From a virus (Duplodnaviria; Heunggongvirae; Uroviricota; Caudoviricetes), in IMG/VR virus record IMGVR_UViG_2693429768_000001, positions 1 through 64,000 of that record: a stretch of 64,000 bases of DNA; one strand, 5' to 3'. Positions within the stretch are counted from its first letter, which is position 1, and every line of letters starts with the position of its first letter. The notes under the pieces are model-generated. The model was not told the DNA's origin and made no database searches. It saw only the letters and a program-made list of their open reading frames with translations. The position numbers were made by a program, and so were the translations under genes. Shown in pieces: positions 11,043-19,449 of the stretch.

Positions 11043-11690
11043 TTACCATTCATAGGGTAAATTAAGCGCTTTTAAACCTTGCTGAAAGGTATTAAGTGAG
11101 CCGTTCTTTTGTTGTTCCATTTGTTCGCGTGCCGCTTTCTCATACTGCTCCATCCGTTGGTTATACTCTTGCAATTCCTCTGGTGAGAGGTTTCCCATTG
11201 GGGAGTTTGTACCCGGCCCCCTGGCCCGCTCTTCAAGCGTACCCTGCACGTTTTGATGGCGCATTCCTGGGGCATTTCTGATTGAGTCAATGCCATTTCT
11301 TACAACGTCTTCTTTATTAACGGCATTGCTCGCCACCAGCACACCCCAGCTAGGAATAGCAAAATCAGGAGCGGTTTCGCATGCCTTTACCATATAATCG
11401 AAAGAGCTTCGATTGATCTCGTTTGCGTCGGGATTTAACAGGCGAGAATATTGATATTTAGCATTTTCGTTGGTTGCGACTTTATACAGTTCTTGCTGCA
11501 CCATCGCTTCAGAAAGTTTAAGGCGTTTCATATCTGACAGTAACTTCTTGCGCATGGATTCGTCTTGACTGACAGCAAAGCCGTAAACGTGCCCAAGGTA
11601 TTTCGTATAATCGGTACAAATCTCCTTTACGCTTGATGCTGCATTAACAGTCCCAGCCATAAATAATAACGGTAGTAATAGTTTTCTCAT
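11043..11690 (-). CDS. Secreted protein with signal peptide (Sim-like); C-terminus shares a motif with Sit
   Basis: Start moved to ATG 11690 (RBS GGTGAGG; MRKLLLPLLFMAGTVNAAS); motif PGMRHQNVQGTLEERARGPGT matches Sit GMRREVVQGTLEERARGKGT. Confidence 0.55.
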   Translation of the reverse strand: MRKLLLPLLFMAGTVNAASSVKEICTDYTKYLGHVYGFAVSQDESMRKKLLSDMKRLKLSEAMVQQELYKVATNENAKYQYSRLLNPDANEINRSSFDYMVKACETAPDFAIPSWGVLVASNAVNKEDVVRNGIDSIRNAPGMRHQNVQGTLEERARGPGTNSPMGNLSPEELQEYNQRMEQYEKAAREQMEQQKNGSLNTFQQGLKALNLPYEW

Positions 11691-11786
11691 TATAACCTCA
11701 CCTGCCTTATAACTCATTTAGGGTACATATTTTCGCCTTTAAAAAAAAGAGGTTATTAGATCCAATTGTGTATTTATTAAGCATAT

Positions 11787-11803
11787 AATGCTCTAATAAA
11801 TTT
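11787..11803 (+). promoter_or_regulatory. C1-operator-like site AATGCTCTAATAAATTT overlapping a TATAAT -10 (immI promoter, Op51-like)
   Basis: Read directly; matches the recalled P1 C1 operator consensus ATTGCTCTAATAAATTT with one mismatch. Confidence 0.7.
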
Positions 11804-11949
11804 GTATTTTTAAGTCGCGAATGCTATCTTTTCGCATCATATTGACCTTTTAATCGTTCAGGCTTATAGTTCCGCCGTCGTAGCAAATTCTGCGACCGGG
11901 TTTAGCAGCCTGAATGTTAGTGCGGACAACCGCAGATATCCGATATTGC

Positions 11950-12060
11950 GGTATTTTTGTGTCCGTAAAACCGCGTTACGCCCAAATTATGGTGGGGCGT
12001 GATGGGGAGGCTTCGGCCTGCTGGTTTCACTAACGCCAGTCTGCTAACCCCGTCACGTCC
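11950..12060 (+). ncRNA. Possible c4-like antisense RNA region of immI (boundaries approximate)
   Basis: Between operator-promoter and icd/ant; short segments (GTCTGCTAACCCC) complementary to downstream GGGTAGCAGGTTG / TTTAGCAGC; inferred from P1 immI organisation. Confidence 0.3.
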
Positions 12061-12117
12061 TGCCACCTGTTTAGCAGCGGGTAGCAGGTTGTTAAACCTG
12101 TTAGTGAGGCCGTAACT

Positions 12118-12339
12118 ATGGTTAATGCCAATCCTTGCGCACGCCAAGAATTCATCTGGCGTTTCTATTCCTGTAAAAAACACCACTATCACTTCGTTAT
12201 CGCAGCAACAGAAGACGAAGCACGCTCTCAATTGCCTGATGGCCCCTGCATTTTTACTGCCCGTTTTTCAACTAACTCGCGCAATTCACTTAGTTACTGG
12301 AGCCTCCCCTTCTCTGCCGACGTTCAGGGGGGTTTATGA
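12118..12339 (+). CDS. icd-like small ORF overlapping the ant start, 73 aa
   Basis: ORF track; stop overlaps ant ATG at 12336. Confidence 0.45.
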   Translation: MVNANPCARQEFIWRFYSCKKHHYHFVIAATEDEARSQLPDGPCIFTARFSTNSRNSLSYWSLPFSADVQGGL

Positions 12340-13370
12340 AAACACCTCTCGTCACCCGTAATGAAATAGCCGAAGCGATCGCCTTGCATACAATCTGTAT
12401 GCCGACACGGGAGATCCCCGGCGCAATTGCCAACTATTTCATGATAACCAGGCGTTTTTATACCCGAACAGATAAGGCTGTGATCAACAGGCTACTGATA
12501 GCCGAGATCAGGGATTATTTGATTGAACAAGGACGTCTACGTTACGCAACAGTGGCAGCAGAAATGAGAAAGGAGGCACATAGAATGACCGGTAATAATT
12601 TAAATGTTGAAAAACCAGCACCTGTTGCTTCAGCTACGCCAGCACCAGCCCTGAATGTCATCCCCAACACCGGAGACACAATCGACAGCCAAACATTGTT
12701 GAAGATGGTCAATGAGGCACGGAAATTATGTAGCGAAAAACCAGTTCGCAACAATGATTTCATTGCCAGAGTTAAGGATGAGCTTGAAGGAGAAACCTAC
12801 GAAATTTTCGTAGGTCAAAAAAACGGCGCAGAAATAGATATTATAACCATGACCTACAAACAAGCCCTGCGAGTTGCCGCGCGCGAGTCAAAAGCGGTCC
12901 GCCGTTCGCTGATCGACAAACTGGAAGAATTACAGCAGGCAAACTCCCCTACCCCATCGATCCCCCAAACATTACCAGAAGCCCTACGCCTGGCTGCCGA
13001 GTTGGCAGAACAGAAAATGCATCTGGAACAACAGCTGGTGGCCGCAGCACCTAAAGTCGATTTTGCCGACCGGGTATCAGTGGCTAATGGAATCCTGATC
13101 GGTAACTTTGCAAAGGTCGTTGGACTTAAGCAAAACGCCCTTTTCTCATGGTTGCGCCAGAACGGCATTCTCATGGCTTTTGGTGCGCGCAAAAACGTAC
13201 CGCGCCAGCAGTACATTAACGCCGGGTATTTCACGGTGAAAGAAGTGGTGCTGGATGATGAAAATGGCTATCAGATACGGCTGACGCCACAATTAACGGG
13301 TAAAGGCCAGCAGTGGTTAACTCGCAAGCTACTTGATGCTGGTTTGTTAAAACCAGTAGCAATAGGTTAA
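12336..13370 (+). CDS. ant: Antirepressor Ant, 344 aa
   Basis: ATG 12336; C-terminal ~130 aa paralogous to KilA C-terminus (ALRLAAELAEQK...GKGQQWL); immI position. Confidence 0.7.
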   Translation: MKTPLVTRNEIAEAIALHTICMPTREIPGAIANYFMITRRFYTRTDKAVINRLLIAEIRDYLIEQGRLRYATVAAEMRKEAHRMTGNNLNVEKPAPVASATPAPALNVIPNTGDTIDSQTLLKMVNEARKLCSEKPVRNNDFIARVKDELEGETYEIFVGQKNGAEIDIITMTYKQALRVAARESKAVRRSLIDKLEELQQANSPTPSIPQTLPEALRLAAELAEQKMHLEQQLVAAAPKVDFADRVSVANGILIGNFAKVVGLKQNALFSWLRQNGILMAFGARKNVPRQQYINAGYFTVKEVVLDDENGYQIRLTPQLTGKGQQWLTRKLLDAGLLKPVAIG

Positions 13371-13448
13371 CAAAAGAAAAAAACCTGCCAGCAAACTGGC
13401 AGGTTTCTGAGCAGATCGTCCAACCCGATCTGGATCGAGTCAGAAAAA

Positions 13449-13465
13449 TTTGCTCTAATAAATTT
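13449..13465 (+). promoter_or_regulatory. C1-operator-like site TTTGCTCTAATAAATTT upstream of kilA-repL
   Basis: Read directly. Confidence 0.65.
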
Positions 13466-13534
13466 CGTTTTCTAAGTGCAAAGAATCACCATTTCGAGCT
13501 GGTGATTGAAGGTTGATGCAAATTTGGAGAAAAA

Positions 13535-14335
13535 ATGCAACAAACATTCAATGCGGATATGAATATATCAAACCTTCATCAAAATGTCGATCCTTCAACC
13601 ACTCTGCCCGTTATTTGTGGTGTTGAAATTACGACCGACCGCGCTGGCCGTTACAACCTTAATGCTCTACACAGAGCGAGCGGACTCGGTGCCCATAAAG
13701 CGCCAGCTCAATGGCTAAGAACGCTGTCAGCCAAACAGCTCATCGAAGAGCTTGAAAAAGAAACTATGCAGAATTGCATAGTTTCGTTCGAAGGCCGTGG
13801 CGGCGGCACTTTTGCCCATGAATTGCTCGCAGTGGAGTACGCAGGCTGGATTTCTCCCGCGTTTCGGCTGAAGGTAAACCAGACATTTATCGACTATCGA
13901 GCCGGAAGATTACAACCTGCTATTCCGAAGAGCCTCCCAGAAGCTCTCCGTTTGGCTGCTGACCTGGCAGAGCAAAAGCAACGGCTGGAGCAAAAAATGC
14001 TGATGGATGCACCTAAAGTCGAATTCGCCGAACGCGTTGCTACCGCCAGCGGGGTTCTAATCGGCAACTATGCCAAAGTGCTCGGCCTGGGCCAAAACTA
14101 TCTCTTCACCTGGTTGCGTGATAACGGAATTCTGATCGCAACCGGTGAACGCAGGAACGTCCCCAAACAAGAATACATATCCCGTGGGTATTTCACCCTT
14201 AAAGAAACCGTGATCGATACAAGCAATGGAAGCAGGATTTCTTTCACGACTCGTATAACCGGCAAAGGTCAGCAGTGGCTGATGAAGCGATTGCTTGATG
14301 CTGGTGTGCTGGTACCTGTCGCGGCAACGCGCTAA
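13535..14335 (+). CDS. kilA: KilA (KilA-N domain plus antirepressor-like C-terminal domain), 266 aa
   Basis: Size identical to recalled P1 KilA; immediately upstream of repL. Confidence 0.7.
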   Translation: MQQTFNADMNISNLHQNVDPSTTLPVICGVEITTDRAGRYNLNALHRASGLGAHKAPAQWLRTLSAKQLIEELEKETMQNCIVSFEGRGGGTFAHELLAVEYAGWISPAFRLKVNQTFIDYRAGRLQPAIPKSLPEALRLAADLAEQKQRLEQKMLMDAPKVEFAERVATASGVLIGNYAKVLGLGQNYLFTWLRDNGILIATGERRNVPKQEYISRGYFTLKETVIDTSNGSRISFTTRITGKGQQWLMKRLLDAGVLVPVAATR

Positions 14336-14364
14336 CAGACGTAGTAAGAACCACCAGCATTGTA

Positions 14365-15210
14365 ATGCTGGCTAAAGTCACTTTCCTGAGCTGTATAACG
14401 ATGAGCGATTTTACTTTTTCTGGCTATGAATTGGCCTTCTTTGTAACACACTCCGGTCTATCCCGTAGCGCCGGGCATATCCTGTCGCAATGTGCAAATC
14501 TCGCGGCAACAACCAGTGAATACTTCATTCACAAGCCCCACCGCCTGATCGCGGCAGAAACTGGTTATAGCCAATCAACCGTCGTTCGTGCATTCCGTGA
14601 AGCTGTAAACAAAGGAATTCTATCTGTAGAGATTGTTATCGGCGATCACCGTGAACGTCGCGCTAACCTGTACCGGTTTACACCATCCTTTTTGGCCTTC
14701 GCACAACAAGCCAAAAATGCGCTGATTGAAAGCAAATTAAAGATCTCTTCAGCGGCAACCAAGGTTAAAGCTGTTCTCGCTAAGACATTGGCTTTATTTA
14801 ATTTTTTATCCACACCCCCATGTCAAAATGATACCCCCTCCCCCTGTCAGGATGACGTGGCAATAAAGAATAAGAAGTCACAAGTTAAAAAAACAAAAAG
14901 ATCAGTTTCCGGCGGTGCCGGAACGACCAGACTCAAAAAATTGACTTCATGGATCGCTGAGGCAAAAGCAAAGGCTGACAATCTGCGGTTATCCAAAAAA
15001 CGCGCTCAAAAACATGAGTTCAAGCAGAAAGTAGAGGCGGCAGCGCGGAAATATGCTTACCTGAAGGACAAGCGTTCTCCTGATATTGGCGGGATATCAA
15101 ACTTCGATAATCTGCCGCATTGCATGACGGTAAACGAAGCTCTTAATGCGGTTTTAGCCAAAAATAAAGATAACGAAAAATGGGGTATACCGGCAGGATT
15201 CAGGGGATGA
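14365..15210 (+). CDS. repL: Lytic replication protein RepL (oriL expected inside), 281 aa
   Basis: Size and position match recalled P1 RepL; ATG 14365. Confidence 0.7.
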   Translation: MLAKVTFLSCITMSDFTFSGYELAFFVTHSGLSRSAGHILSQCANLAATTSEYFIHKPHRLIAAETGYSQSTVVRAFREAVNKGILSVEIVIGDHRERRANLYRFTPSFLAFAQQAKNALIESKLKISSAATKVKAVLAKTLALFNFLSTPPCQNDTPSPCQDDVAIKNKKSQVKKTKRSVSGGAGTTRLKKLTSWIAEAKAKADNLRLSKKRAQKHEFKQKVEAAARKYAYLKDKRSPDIGGISNFDNLPHCMTVNEALNAVLAKNKDNEKWGIPAGFRG

Positions 15211-15260
15211 TAGATTGCTCTAATCTGGAGTCACCTGGCGTTTTCAGTTTGAGGTCGGAG

Positions 15261-15527
15261 ATGCAATCTGATTTTTTACAGTTAGCGATCGCTTTTGCAG
15301 GATATGTTTGTATTGGCTTCTGTGTATACATGATCAGCCGAAAAATGCTTGTCGATATCGACCGCAAAGAACGAGCAGAGGAGATCTTAGTATGGATTTT
15401 CTTTGGCGCGGTCTGGCCATTAGGGATCATGTTTGCTGCAACATTTCTTCGATGTGGATATTCACCCTTCCAGGTGATTTCTATAGAAAAAAAGCCAGAC
15501 ATTGATACAATCGTTGCGGGTGCTTGA
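15261..15527 (+). CDS. Small two-helix membrane protein, 88 aa
   Basis: Start moved to ATG 15261 (RBS GAGGTCGGAG); hydrophobic segments LAIAFAGYVCIGFCVYMI and ILVWIFFGAVWPLGIMFAATFL. Confidence 0.45.
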   Translation: MQSDFLQLAIAFAGYVCIGFCVYMISRKMLVDIDRKERAEEILVWIFFGAVWPLGIMFAATFLRCGYSPFQVISIEKKPDIDTIVAGA

Positions 15528-15628
15528 GGCTATCTGCTTCAGGCATGACCCGAAAAGCAGATAGAAGAAAGCCCCAGATAACATTACGCGTCCTGCAAGA
15601 CGCTTAACATTAATCTGAGGCCATATCT

Positions 15629-15835
15629 ATGCTTAGCATACGTAGATTAGCCTCTTACCGACCAAAAGGTCAAGGAGAAGCAGGCTATGAAGCAGCAAAA
15701 AGCGATGTTAATCGCTCTGATCGTCATCTGTTTAACCGTCATTGTGACGGCACTGGTAACGAGGAAAGACCTCTGCGAGGTACGAATCCGAACCGGCCAG
15801 ACGGAGGTCACTGTCTTCACAGCCTACGAATCTGA
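15629..15835 (+). CDS. mok: mok-like overlapping reading frame of the hok locus, 68 aa
   Basis: ATG 15629; overlaps hok in a different frame as in hok/mok/sok loci. Confidence 0.55.
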   Translation: MLSIRRLASYRPKGQGEAGYEAAKSDVNRSDRHLFNRHCDGTGNEERPLRGTNPNRPDGGHCLHSLRI

Positions 15836-15842
15836 AAGGTAA
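15687..15842 (+). CDS. hok: Hok/Gef-family type I toxin, 51 aa
   Basis: Manual translation MKQQKAMLIALIVICLTVIVTALVTRKDLCEVRIRTGQTEVTVFTAYESER; near-identical in pattern to recalled E. coli Gef/HokC; below the ORF-track size cutoff. Confidence 0.85.
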   Translation: MKQQKAMLIALIVICLTVIVTALVTRKDLCEVRIRTGQTEVTVFTAYESER

Positions 15843-16196
15843 GAGACCTGGCGGGGAGTGATCCCCGTCACTCTTCGTGTGTCTGGTAACCTCAATGCAC
15901 CCTTTTCTCCCCAATAGTGTAAAACACAATGAAGTAGAAGGAGTTATTTCACATCATGCAAAGATTCAGACCATATCTCCCAATAGCCTTCGCGACATGA
16001 TGACTTTCAGAAATATCTAGCTGTTAACAAAATTCCATACTTGCTTTGCTAATACCACCTAGATTATATATGGAAAAATACACCTAAAACTTAAACAAAT
16101 TATATCCACAACAAACATCCATCTATTAGGATTAAAATTAATTTAATAATAAATAATACAACACCGGTTCATTTTCTAACAAACCGGTGGGCACCA

Positions 16197-17189
16197 TTAT
16201 TGGAATAACTTACTGATTACATTAAAAACATTAAGGGCGTTACTTGCCACACTAGACATCTTGGCTGAATTTTTTTCGATTGAGTCAAGAACACTTTCGA
16301 CTTCCGATAAAGTTCTTCTGCTATCTGCATCTTTTCCTGAGTCTATCGCATCTTTAATTGCAGATATAGCAGACTCTAAATTCTCCTTAAACTCACCTGT
16401 CGTCTCATCCTTCAAGAGAAGTTCTAACTCTTGTTTAAGTTTTTCCAATGATGCTCTTTTCTCATCAGTTTTACTAATCTTCCCTGAATAACTGACACAA
16501 ACACATTCTCTTTTATTGCAGACAGGACAACCATTTAGATAATAACTTTCAAACGCCTCGCCAAGATCATCATCTTTAAAAATAATCCCCCATAAAGAAA
16601 ACAACCAAGCATATATATCAGCACACTCTTCATGAAGATTTTCTTTGTTGTAATTTTTATCTTCAATTGATTTAGCATAAGCCTCTTGCAACTCACCCAA
16701 CTCTTCGAATAACCTGGATGAATGATAAAACCCACCAAAAGTAGACCAAATGGTTCTATTCGACGGATAGATGTCATTAATCATTCGTGGCGCATAAGGC
16801 GGAAATTGCATAGGTTTAATAGCGTTATATTTATTGAAAAGCTCATCTTTAATTCCTTTTGCGCTTCTTATTTTCTCTGGCTTTCTGTGTGTTTGAGAAC
16901 AGGAACAAGGCGCCCCTAAGCAATAAGGACAGCAACTAGGAAATTTTTTATAAAATGCTTCCTGTGGTTGTATTTCAAGTTTATCACAGATTGCAAAAAG
17001 CCAAGACAATGCTTCTATATAGGTATTTTTTAATAATTCTTTATCCTGATTACCATCACGAATAAACTCACGTGTTAAATAAGCTGTTTTCCTTGTCAGA
17101 TAAGAGTACATATACTCAAATGATTTTTCTTCATTTTTTTTGCTGTAAATACCTACAATAATATTGCTCATATCATTGATACGTAACAT
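16197..17189 (-). CDS. MazG-like nucleotide pyrophosphohydrolase-like protein with two Cys-cluster zinc-ribbon motifs and a C-terminal coiled coil, 330 aa
   Basis: Start at ATG 17189 (RBS AAGAGGAA); EELGELQEA...EECADIYAWL = EExxE...EExxD signature; CCPYCLGAPCSCS and CPVCNKRECVCVS; AT-rich; hairpin terminator at ~16150-16185. Confidence 0.6.
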   Translation of the reverse strand: MLRINDMSNIIVGIYSKKNEEKSFEYMYSYLTRKTAYLTREFIRDGNQDKELLKNTYIEALSWLFAICDKLEIQPQEAFYKKFPSCCPYCLGAPCSCSQTHRKPEKIRSAKGIKDELFNKYNAIKPMQFPPYAPRMINDIYPSNRTIWSTFGGFYHSSRLFEELGELQEAYAKSIEDKNYNKENLHEECADIYAWLFSLWGIIFKDDDLGEAFESYYLNGCPVCNKRECVCVSYSGKISKTDEKRASLEKLKQELELLLKDETTGEFKENLESAISAIKDAIDSGKDADSRRTLSEVESVLDSIEKNSAKMSSVASNALNVFNVISKLFQ

Positions 17190-17486
17190 GACATTCCTCT
17201 TAAATAAGCCAATACTTCCTAGAACCATATATGCTTCGACAAAGATTAACGGACATCTTGCCTTCACAAACTTTGACGCTACATAAATTTAACCATGTGC
17301 ATACTAAATATTTAAGGTAGAAAAGTATAGGAGTATTTATTAATAGGTAACTGTTAGTTTACACTCACTTCATACCAGAGTATTTACAAGATGTTATTTT
17401 ACTCTATTCGCTAGGCGGTGGAATGCGGTTGTATCAAGGGGAGGTAAACCTCCCCCGAAGAAGATTAAAAGTACAAGGGATAACAC

Positions 17487-17996
17487 TTAATCCCACTCAA
17501 TCCAGTTGTAGACGATACGAAGTGACGGGCGCACAGCGGCAGTCACATCTTCGGTACTAAAGTCGATTGCATCACTGTAGATTTTGCAGTCCAACATTTC
17601 AATTGTTGTAGCAGCTTTTGTCACAGCGTTAACCCCGGAAGATTTGGATTCAGGGGTAGCAGCCATCGTGATATCAACATAGTCCTTCGCCGCAATGCGA
17701 TCTTTAATGAACTGAAGAATATCGCCTTCGATAGTCTCCACGCACTGGACCTGGATTTCCCCAGAGTTTCGAATTGGACCGTGCTGGTTGAACTTCACAC
17801 CATTCGGACCATAGTCCTCCACATCCTCGCGGGTCATTTCAGGAATTTGCGACGTGCGAACCAGTACGCTGATATCTTCATGGCCTGCAAAAGTGAGCTG
17901 GAATTCAGAAGATACCAGTCGTTCGCCTTTGGCCGCGTTGGCAGTATAGCGGCCCTTAATAAATTTACGGTTTCCCTTAGTGTTATTGTGCCCCAT
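17487..17996 (-). CDS. Tail/baseplate structural protein, 169 aa
   Basis: ORF track; first gene of head/tail block. Confidence 0.45.
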   Translation of the reverse strand: MGHNNTKGNRKFIKGRYTANAAKGERLVSSEFQLTFAGHEDISVLVRTSQIPEMTREDVEDYGPNGVKFNQHGPIRNSGEIQVQCVETIEGDILQFIKDRIAAKDYVDITMAATPESKSSGVNAVTKAATTIEMLDCKIYSDAIDFSTEDVTAAVRPSLRIVYNWIEWD

Positions 17997-18007
17997 ATAA
18001 AATCCTT

Positions 18008-18589
18008 TTACTGGAACGCCCGAACAATATCGGAGCTGTTATATATCGAAGAACCGGTCAACTGGAGGTTGACGGTGTTTTTCAGGAAATGCCCATTGCT
18101 GTCCCTGGGTGCATCGAGATCGAAACTTATGTCCTGGATAGCGACATCAATGATGTTGATCCGGCGACCAATGTTTAGCGTCACACGCTCCGGGATTCGA
18201 CCGCCAATACTGGCATCTTTAAGTTCCGGGCTAATCATCGCTGACAATGCGGCGATAGCTCCTGAAACCTCCGTGAATGGGTCAAACAAAGCGATGAAAG
18301 TTACTGGCAGCGTGAAAGTCGGCGGTGTTCCCCCCTCCCAAACCATTAAGCTGTTCCAACGGGCCACCGACGTTGTTTCAGTACCAACCTGCGCAAAACC
18401 ACTGAAAGCACCAGCAACAGACCCCATGGACATACCGGTAAACGGCGCTTCCCAATTCTGGGCCATGTTCATTGCTGCCCCCTGGCTGATATATCCGGTA
18501 ACCTGGTACTGAGAGTTCGTTAAAGTAACTTTCAGAAATGGCGATACACCATCAGCCTGGCTGTAAACCCCATAAGGTATAGGTGCCAT
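18008..18589 (-). CDS. Tail structural protein (possible tube), 193 aa
   Basis: ORF track; downstream of sheath-like gene. Confidence 0.45.
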   Translation of the reverse strand: MAPIPYGVYSQADGVSPFLKVTLTNSQYQVTGYISQGAAMNMAQNWEAPFTGMSMGSVAGAFSGFAQVGTETTSVARWNSLMVWEGGTPPTFTLPVTFIALFDPFTEVSGAIAALSAMISPELKDASIGGRIPERVTLNIGRRINIIDVAIQDISFDLDAPRDSNGHFLKNTVNLQLTGSSIYNSSDIVRAFQ

Positions 18590-18624
18590 TCAAGTTAAAG
18601 GCCGGAGTTCTCCGGCCTCCTCCT

Positions 18625-19440
18625 TTAGCCAAGGCGCTTACGGCGCAGTTTCATTGACTTTTTGCGGGCAAGTTTTGCCGCGCCGGTCTGGGCTTTTCGA
18701 CGCGCTTTTTTCAGCGCCGATTTTTGAGCCGCAGTCAGACGTTTTTTCCGCAGGCGTTTACGGATGAGTTTGATCTCACCGTTACGAACAACCTTCTTAA
18801 ATGCTTCAGTCAGCATTTCATCAGAAGTGCCAGCAACAACAAACGCCGCTTCCAGTTCGTCGCGGTCGTCGCTATCTAAACCAGCGATAGAGGCACCAAC
18901 ATCAGCAGCAGCGTCGTCGTCTTCATCGTCAGCCAGTGCTTCGATCATGTCATCATCTACACCGCATGCTGCGAGGAAGTCAGCAACATTTGCCCATGCT
19001 TCGTTATAGGCATCGTCCTGTTCTTCTGTAACTTCGGAGTCGTCGTCATCAGAGATACCAGCGATAGCCTGAACGAAACCATCAAGGGAGTCGAAAGTCA
19101 GATCACCGCTATCAGCCCAGGCGAAAACGGCGTCGGCCGCATCACTCAACGCATTCTGCATCGCACTTCGATTTGCAGCTTCCAGAATCATCTGGTGCGC
19201 CTGTTCAACGGTCCATTCTTTACCGTCTTTCTCTTCCAGGATTTGCTCAGGAGCCGGATCAGATGGAACGTTATCGTTAGTCTGTGCCGCCGGTTCCGGA
19301 TTATTATTAATAACCGGATCTGTTGGCGGTTCGGCGCTTGCTCGGGCAGACTCCATCAGCTGCACAGGATCAGAGTTCAAAGCGAAACGGGACAGTCCAT
19401 TCCCCAAAAATGCCCCGGATTGAAAAAAGTTTTTGCTCAT
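18625..19440 (-). CDS. Acidic protein with basic C-terminal tail, 271 aa (assembly/scaffold-like)
   Basis: Asp/Glu-rich middle, Lys/Arg-rich C-terminus; between capsid and tail genes. Confidence 0.4.
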   Translation of the reverse strand: MSKNFFQSGAFLGNGLSRFALNSDPVQLMESARASAEPPTDPVINNNPEPAAQTNDNVPSDPAPEQILEEKDGKEWTVEQAHQMILEAANRSAMQNALSDAADAVFAWADSGDLTFDSLDGFVQAIAGISDDDDSEVTEEQDDAYNEAWANVADFLAACGVDDDMIEALADDEDDDAAADVGASIAGLDSDDRDELEAAFVVAGTSDEMLTEAFKKVVRNGEIKLIRKRLRKKRLTAAQKSALKKARRKAQTGAAKLARKKSMKLRRKRLG

Positions 19441-19449
19441 TGTATTCCC

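Noticed and set aside
17420-17460. Hairpin GGGGAGG-taaa-CCTCCCC as a terminator
   Set aside because: No T-run on either strand; could be a stabilising stem-loop but not a confident intrinsic terminator.
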